Below are positions 56,761 through 64,000 of a DNA stretch of 64,000 nucleotides, one piece after another. The DNA is taken from NCBI GenBank assembly GCA_009103225.1, contig RHPI01001428.1, positions 62,001 to 126,000 on the forward strand, in the 5' to 3' direction. Position 1 is the stretch's first letter, and each line of letters begins with the position of its first letter. The notes under the pieces were generated by a model, which was given only the letters and a program-made list of their open reading frames with translations, did not search any database and was not told the origin of the DNA. This DNA is from Chlorokybus atmophyticus (taxonomy: Eukaryota > Plantae > Mesostigma and Chlorokybus algae). The translations under genes and the position numbers were made by a program.

Positions 56761-59071
56761 TGTTGAGCACTAGTGATGCGCCTAGTGTGTGTGTATTTGC
56801 CTCCTACATATAAGTGTGCACACACTAAGGACAAGTGCAGCAAGCACGCCAGCTATAGAGACAATGTGCGACCCACTGTATTAAGCAGTATACAGTGTCT
56901 TATATACTATGCTACTAAGCACTAGTCAACTCTAGTCAAAGTCAACACTAGTCAACACTAGTCAATGGTCAAAGTCAACGGTCAAAGTCGAAGTTGACCA
57001 TGGTTGACCATAACTGCCGTAACTGCCGTAACTCCCGTAACTCCCGTAACTCTCGTAACTATAAAGGTTAAGCTGATCGTACCAACTACATGTAGGCGCC
57101 GCCTATACATGTACTTTCAACAACCTATAACATCTAACACTCCAACGCGAGCAGCTTGACCTTGAACTCCAGGTTCATCTCGCAAGCTTACCCACATTAA
57201 CTTACTCCACTGAACACTCCCACGGATCTGTTGCTCCCACGGACTTGATGCTTGTCTCCATGACACCATCTTTCTCCTCATGCTGCCACCAGGACTACAA
57301 GGTTCCAATACTCCTTGTTTCCTCCTCATAGTTGTCGCATCAGGTTCCACCACGCCACGCCTGACCTTGCTCAGGTGGTTTCGAAGACTCCCTCGATGGC
57401 AAACTATACTATAAAGTACAATGAGTTCTCTACCTTAGCAATGCTGTACCAGAGTGTAGGCCGTGCAAGGGTTGATCAGACCCTTCTACCAAGGAAGCAC
57501 CCCTCCCATCTCCTGTTAGCTAGCTATACAACCCAGTCCTTGCATGCCAATCAAGTGAAGTGTTCTAACTAGTACCGCACCTGTGTGCTACCAAAAAACA
57601 ACTCCACAGCAATGCAACCTCTGGTGTATGCAGCTCAACACCAGCAACCACTCATAGGCTAGCAGTAACTCTCACAGACCTTTGTGTCTACGACCTCCGT
57701 CTGCGCATGTCCTTCACGCGCCCTTGCAGTGGGAGAGGACGGACGAACACCATCCACTGCAACTCCTTGAGGTCCTCACCAATGCTAGAAAGCAATCGCC
57801 ACCGTGGCGTGCTCCTCCTTGGTTGCCTCATCGTGGATCCTCTTCTGGCACTCGCGAATGAAGTGGCCCTTCATCTTGCAATAGTGACACTCTTTGTCAC
57901 GTGATGGCTTCCCACCACCTGCTTTGCTCCTGCTTCGCGTGTGTTGAGAAGATGAGGCAGAAAATGCAATAGGCTCTCCACCATTCTCTATCTCCTGAAC
58001 ATCCAACTTGCCTTCCACAGCTAGCAGCTTAGGCACTACATCAGCAAACTTCAAAACCACATCTGAGGACTCCAACACAGTCACTAGCGTAGCAAAGCTC
58101 TTTCCTAAGCCAGCTAAGACTGCCCACATCACCTCCTCTTCCTTCACATCGTGGCCAACTGCTGCAAGGTCTTGCCAAAGCTCCCTTGCACGCGAGATGT
58201 ACTTCTGGATTGGCTCTTTGTGCTCCATCTTCAGAAGTGTCAGCTTGCGTCTCAGCTGCAACTTGCGCGAGTTGCTATTGGCCTTGAAAAGGGTGTCGAA
58301 GACCTCCCACGCCTCACGTCCAGTCTTGCAATCCGCAATAAGAGGGAGATGGAAGTCTTTGACGTGCAAGCCTATCAGCGCAAAAGCTGATTGTGAGTTC
58401 TCTATCCAGGTACCAGTGTCACCTGTTCTTGGCCGCAATGATGTGGAGGAGGTGGGATCGACATAACTCCAGAGCTTCTTGCGGATCAGCACCAACTTCA
58501 TCTTCAGCGACCATGAAGCATAGTTGTGCAGATCAAGGGACTCGATGGGCATCCTATCTGTGTCAGCCATTGCTTGCTACACAATAGTACAACTCACCCT
58601 CTCCCCAAGAACACTCTACTAGTAGGCGCCTATGCTCAACACTTTCTCTCACTAGCACAAGCGATTACACAAGCGAGTGTGGGCCCATAACCTGTTGAGC
58701 ACTAGTGATGCGCCTAGTGTGTGTGTATTTGCCTCCTACATATAAGTGTGCACACACTAAGGACAAGTGCAGCAAGCACGCCAACTATAGAGACAATGTG
58801 CGACCCACTGTATTAAGCAGTATACAGTGTCTTATATACTATGCTACTAAGCACTAGTCAACTCTAGTCAAAGTCAACACTAGTCAACACTAGTCAATGG
58901 TCAAAGTCAACGGTCAAAGTCGAAGTTGACCATGGTTGACCATAACTGCCGTAACTGCCGTAACTCCCGTAACTCCCGTAACTCTCGTAACTATAAAGGT
59001 TAAGCTGATCGTACCAACTACATGTAGGCGCCGCCTATACATGTACTTTCAACAAGCTATAACATCTAACA
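56761..59071 (-). mobile_element. Young non-autonomous Gag-only Copia-type LTR element (TR-GAG-like), 2311 bp
   Basis: 379-bp LTRs 56761-57139 and 58693-59071 with 2 visible differences; TSD TATTT; PBS GGTTATGGGCCC; only gag is intact. Confidence 0.9.
57785..58570 (-). CDS. Copia-type Gag (261 aa) with CCHC knuckle
   Basis: LDLHNYASWSLKMKLVL...WAVLAGLGKSFATLVTVLE...CHYCKMKGHFIREC; stop codon immediately after Gag. Confidence 0.85.
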   Translation of the reverse strand: MADTDRMPIESLDLHNYASWSLKMKLVLIRKKLWSYVDPTSSTSLRPRTGDTGTWIENSQSAFALIGLHVKDFHLPLIADCKTGREAWEVFDTLFKANSNSRKLQLRRKLTLLKMEHKEPIQKYISRARELWQDLAAVGHDVKEEEVMWAVLAGLGKSFATLVTVLESSDVVLKFADVVPKLLAVEGKLDVQEIENGGEPIAFSASSSQHTRSRSKAGGGKPSRDKECHYCKMKGHFIRECQKRIHDEATKEEHATVAIAF

Positions 59072-59596
59072 TATTTGCCTCTTATATACAAGTGTGCACA
59101 CACACACCAAGGACAAGTGCAGCAAGCACGCCAACTATAGAAACGATGTGCGACCCATTGTATTAAGCAGTATATAGTGTCTTATATACTATGCTACTAA
59201 GCACTAGTCAACTCTAGTCAACATTGATCAAAGTCGACACTAGGCAACACTAGTGAATGGTCAAAGTCAAAGTTGATCATGGTTGACCGTAACTGCCGTA
59301 ACTCCCGTAACTCTCGTAACTCCCGTAACTATAAAGGTTAAGAATGTTGAGAACTACTCATAGTAGCACGATACCGATACGGTACCTGATACGTTTGGGG
59401 TTAGGTACGGGTATTAATACGGCATAAAATTTTAGCAAAACGGCTGATACGCCCATTGAACAGTACATGTTATGCAATGTGCGTATCATATGCATATCAT
59501 CTTGCAGCCAATGTAGCAACAACAACTTAACATGTGATCATTAACACAATTCGTATCACACAATGTCTGATACACAACACTCTATTGCAACTCCGT

Positions 59597-59818
59597 TTAA
59601 AAAGGTAAGATGTCATCATCATCCACCTCTGAAGCACTGCTATCGCTATCATCATCTGACTCCTCAAAAGATGCTGGGTCCCATGCGGCAAACTGCTCCT
59701 CATATTCTATATTACTGATGAGCTCAAGCAAGCGCACATTACTGAAAACCCAAACCAAATTGCGTGCTCGTGATGTGCGCAGCTTGTTACGCTCATTGTT
59801 GTGAATGAAGTCGTATGT
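59597..59818 (-). pseudogene. C-terminal dimerisation domain of a hAT transposase, truncated by YR copy 3
   Basis: Minus-strand frame with no ATG, so absent from the ORF track: TYDFIHNNERNKLRTSRARNLVWVFSNVRLL followed by an acidic tail. Confidence 0.7.
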
Positions 59819-59823
59819 AACTC

Positions 59824-62800
59824 ACACATGTGTTATATGCGACACACAGCTCATGCTGGGGGGTCGCTATGGGTCAATAGATCTAGTCGCTTGAAACCCT
59901 AGCGCGGCGGCGCCATCCTTGGCGAGGGTGGCGAGGGTGGTTAGGAGGAAGAATAGGCGGTCGACCTCCATGACCACCACACGGTCATAAAGTGCCCGTG
60001 GCGATGGAGAGGACGTGGAAGCCATGGCCAAGGCGGCTAGGCTTGCCGCCAATAGGTTGGCGCGGGCTACAAGTCCGCGTCGCCACACCTTGAGTGAGGA
60101 GGAGGAGAGAAGAGCGGTGAGTGAGGAGAGACGGGTGCGCCCCCCCGTGGACGTGGGAGAAGAGGAGGTGAACAAGGAGGGTGATGGTGACAATGATGAG
60201 GATGAGGATGATGAGGACCCGCCCGTCGTTACTTACAAGCGTAAAAAGAGGGAGGCAAGCCCGCTCTCCAACACTTCCACCCCGTCCATGACACCCACGG
60301 AGGCCATGGCGAGGAGGTTGGAGGAGTTGGAGGCGGAAAACATGCGTCTTAGGCGTGAGAAGGCGCCCGTCATCCCTCATGATGAGCCCGTTGCGGAGCC
60401 CAACCACCCGCTACTCGTGAGCATCCTTCGCCGCGACAAAGGCGACTCCACTACACCGAATGCTCGTGCGGAGGCATTGGCCATTCGCTTTAGCGATCCC
60501 GCGGTCCCTTGGAAGGAGAACATGAAGAAGCGGGCTCGGCAACACATCGACGTGGCGGCTTACATTGCCTCGGCGGCGGCCTCCTTCGACCGTGTGCCCT
60601 CTCACCTCGCCGAGGATCCCCACTTCGCCAAAGGACGCAAAGACAACATGAAAGGTGGGCTCATTCTTTGTTGAGCATGGCCATTTGCACGAGCACACAT
60701 GTAGGACACGCTTGAGGGTGCGGACTTCACTCATGCGAACATGCACATGCGTGCATTATCGGCCTTATGAAGGTGCGGGCTTGTCGTCTACATAGAGGCA
60801 TCTATATAAATACATTGTTCCGCATCCCTCCTCCCCCCGTGTCCGGTAGGGGGGGGAGGGCCCGCACTTAACACCTTTGCATGTCCACCTCTGTATTCAC
60901 ATTATGACTATTCATAGCAAGGTAAAAGGCACAACAGGTTTGCCATTACATTTGCATGTGGGAGATGGTGATGTCAATGCGGGTGCGCCTGGCGTTAAAC
61001 CCAATGGCTCTGAGCCTATGCATGAATGGCCGCAACCAGTGTTGCTTACATGTGCTCTGTGCACCAGCATTGGACGAGGTGTGCACGCAGTTCCACCATG
61101 TGGAAGTGGCCAACAAGCATAGTTGGAAAGTGGTGGAGGAGCTCACGAGAGACCCTCTAGCTACGGACGATGCAAAGGCAAAGCGCCTTAAAAAGGCAAT
61201 CAAGGAGGCAGCTGCGGCGCAGCCCAAGCCCAAGGCGAAGGCGGCCTACACTCCCAACAAGGGGCGGGGACAGTACCCCCCCCCGCTACTCTGGATCTTA
61301 TGCATCTGGTGCGGGGCATACCAGTTACAAGACCGCGCCTATGCAGTCTCAGGTCGCATCTACGGGGGGCCAGCGCGATGCCCGCACCTGTTACAACTGT
61401 GGGGAGACAGGGCACTTGCGTGCCTATTGCCGTAAGCCCTCAGCAGGGCGTGGCGGCAACTGATTTAGTAGCGCAGCTCTGTAGCTGTTGTGACAGCCTA
61501 GTAGCTGTACACTTGCACTGTTGATGCTATAGCCCGGTGGGGCACTTTTCTGTGTTCGCAACTGCTGCTTTAGTGAATCAAATTGCGAGCTAGATGAATG
61601 AAAGTGTTGAATTTGTGATCCATTATTTACAAAACCGCAATCTTGCTTGTAACTTTTGCTGGGGGTCTCGACACGTTATGACCATTACAATGAGGCCAAT
61701 AGCGTTGTGCTGAGCAAAACAGAACCCAATTTGGACACTGTTTGCACTAGTTGTGGCCATTTTGCGGTCGTCGTGCCGTTGAGGCTCTGGCTGAGCTCCG
61801 TTGTTGAGGACACTTCGTGGTCATGTGCAGTAGCCTACACTAGCACAGAGGAGGACCTTGTTTACGACTGGATGAAGCATCATGAGTTTGCTCGCGTCCC
61901 TGCCAACCTCATTAAGGGCCTTACATGCGTCATCGACGACGTGATGCCCTGCCAGCATGGTGTGAATTCTGTGAGTCTACTATGGTGCTCTCATGGGTGG
62001 AGTACGGGTACAAGCTACCATGGGCGGATGACCCACCCCCCGAATGGGCATTCACCAACCACAAGGGTGTGCATGAGTTTGCGGACTTTACCGCGGCTGC
62101 CATCGCCAACCTAGTGCATAGTGGGGCCGCACAAGAGTGTGTGACACCCCCCCTCGTGGTGAGCCCACTCAACGTGGTCGATGATGGCCGCAAGTTGCGC
62201 CTCATCATGGACTTGCGCTATGTCAACTCCTATATGGTGAACACGCCATTCAAGTATGCGGATGTACGCAGCATCCCGGACTTGCTGCAACCTGAGGACT
62301 GATTGTTCTCTACGGACTTGAAGTCCGGCTATCATCATGTGGACATCCACCCCGCCTTTTGGGGCTACTTGGGGTTCTCATTTGCGAGCAAAGTGTTCAA
62401 CTTATGCTCGTTGCCATTTGGGTTGAGCACGGCTTGCTGCGTGTTCACAAAAATTATGAAGCAATTGGTGCGCCGTTGGCGTGTGCAGGGCATTCGCGTA
62501 TTGCCATACATCAACGACTTCCTATTTGCTACTCGCTCCAAGGCAGAGCATGCCTCCACCTTGTCCATTGTGCAAGCAGATGCCACATGGTGCGGGCTGG
62601 TGATTAATACAAAGGCGCAGATCGTGCTAAGCAGAGTCATCATCTTCCTCGGCTTTGTGTGGGATACACACGCTGGCACTGTTCGTATCCCGGGCAAGAA
62701 GCGCGATGGTTTGCTTAGAGACTTGCAACGCGCATTTGGTGACAGGCGCCATGTATCAGTGAAGTTGCTGGCCCGCATCTGTGGCAAGCTGCAAACTATG

Positions 62801-64000
62801 TTCATGGTGTTGGGCACTGCCGTCAAACTCACGACTTGGCATACACGCCGCTTGATTGAGACCCGCCGCTCATGGAGCTCTCACATAGTGCTATGCCAAC
62901 CTGAGATCCCAAAGTTATCGTGGCTGAGAGACCACTTTAAGGAGCTTAACATGGCACCCATGTGGCCTACTGTGCAGCCGGACATAGTGCAATCTGTGGA
63001 TGCTAGCGGCACTGGTTGGGAACTAGTGCGCCATGGCACAGCTACCCCCGTGGCGAAGGGCGCAGTTTTCACCGGATGAGTGCTTGACTTCATCAACACA
63101 TCGCGAGTTATTGGGACTTGAGCGTGCCTTGCTCACTGTTGAGGAGGAGCTACATGGACGCACGGTGCTGTGCTATGGCGATGCCCGCAATGTGTACTAC
63201 ATTATGCGCAATGGGGGTAGTGAGGCCGAACACTTGCAGCAAGTGGCATGCCGTATTTTCTTACATTGCCACCGGTATTGCATCCGCTTGCATGTGGAGT
63301 GGTTACCACGTGAACTCAATGAGGAGGCGGACGCGCTCTCCAAAGCACCAGATTGGAACGGTTGGACCTTGCAAACCCCATGGGTTCGCTTGCTCGCTCG
63401 CAAGTGGGGCCCCTTTGGTGTGGACCGCTTTGCCACGGATGCCAACACAGTGTGTGTGGCCTTCAACTCGGTGTTACCATGTCCGGGCTCATCCGGCAAT
63501 GCCTTTCATGCTGACTGAAGTGGTTGCAACAACTGGTGCCATCCCCCACCACACCGGGTTGGCACTGTTCTGCGTCATGCCGCGAATGTAAGGCTCGCAT
63601 GTGCCTTATTGTACCTGAATGGACAACCCAAACTTGGTGGCCCGTGCTCTACCCTGGCGGCGTGTGGGCACCATTTGTCACAGACGTTGTGAGCCTGCCC
63701 GGAGGCCCAGCTTGCTTGTGGCCCAGCCCGCAAGTCACGGAACTTCAAGGGGGCTTGCCCAACAGTCGTATGTGGGCATTGCGAATTGACTTGCGTCCTG
63801 ACCATTGACAAGTGCTGTATACAGCTTCTATTGAGCGAAGCTTACAGTCGCTCATGCCCAACGTCCCCGGAGACCACGAGATTGAGCGCCTGCGCACCTT
63901 TTACCCTGCAGTGGCAGCGGCGTCACGTGCTACCAGCATCCTGCGGGCTATGAGGGCTACTGGCGTCGCTTTGTGGAGTTCTGCACGCCTCGTGGTTGGG
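59824..64000 (+). mobile_element. YR retroelement copy 3, running off the window; terminal B repeat (59824-59880) is inverted relative to the body
   Basis: ORF1 60015-60674, gag 60956-61463 (CYNCGETGHLRAYC), RT/RH 61925-63518, MTase region to ~63810, start of YR; several stops and frameshifts. Confidence 0.88.

Larger units (their letters stand above)
56723..59342 (-). repeat. Solo/partial sister LTR (56723-56760 plus 59077-59342) interrupted by the Gag-only element
   Basis: Both flanks continue the same LTR sequence (actagtgatgcgcctagtgtgtgtgtattt | gcctc...aactataaaggttaag). Confidence 0.8.

Noticed and set aside
57900-59340. Repeated blocks interpreted as a CRISPR array
   Set aside because: They are LTR copies and their internal tandem repeats in a eukaryotic retroelement; no repeat-spacer periodicity or cas genes.

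Overview
Eukaryotic, green-lineage (probably algal) nuclear DNA from a draft assembly with N-gaps and gap-filling artefacts. The centre (15.7-34.3 kb) holds four intron-containing host genes: TIC21/PIC1, an AUGMIN3/HAUS3-like gene, a DUF1992/DNAJC28-domain gene and SWEETIE/HEATR5. Both flanks are dominated by transposable elements. The highlight is an intact 11.1 kb Ty3/Gypsy element (2202-13346, minus strand) with one 3031-aa polyprotein: Gag-2xCCHC-unknown region-protease-DNMT3-like C5 cytosine methyltransferase-RT-RNase H-DDE integrase-PHD finger. It lacks ordinary LTRs. In sense orientation its repeats read B-internal-A-(GC)-B-A. This is what a 2-LTR circle, closed on a 10-14 nt microhomology and opened inside one LTR at a palindromic CA|GC|TG site, would look like. 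It also has a 15-nt self-priming PBS about 32 nt downstream of a TATA box. The right half contains a decayed Copia with a tyrosine-recombinase (PAT/Ngaro-type) retroelement nested in its 5' LTR, two more copies of that YR family, a young Gag-only Copia-type element inserted into a sister LTR, a TRIM-like mini-element and a hAT remnant. Two YR insertions share the target sequence TGTAACTC. All family calls come from motif recognition by eye; no database search was run.
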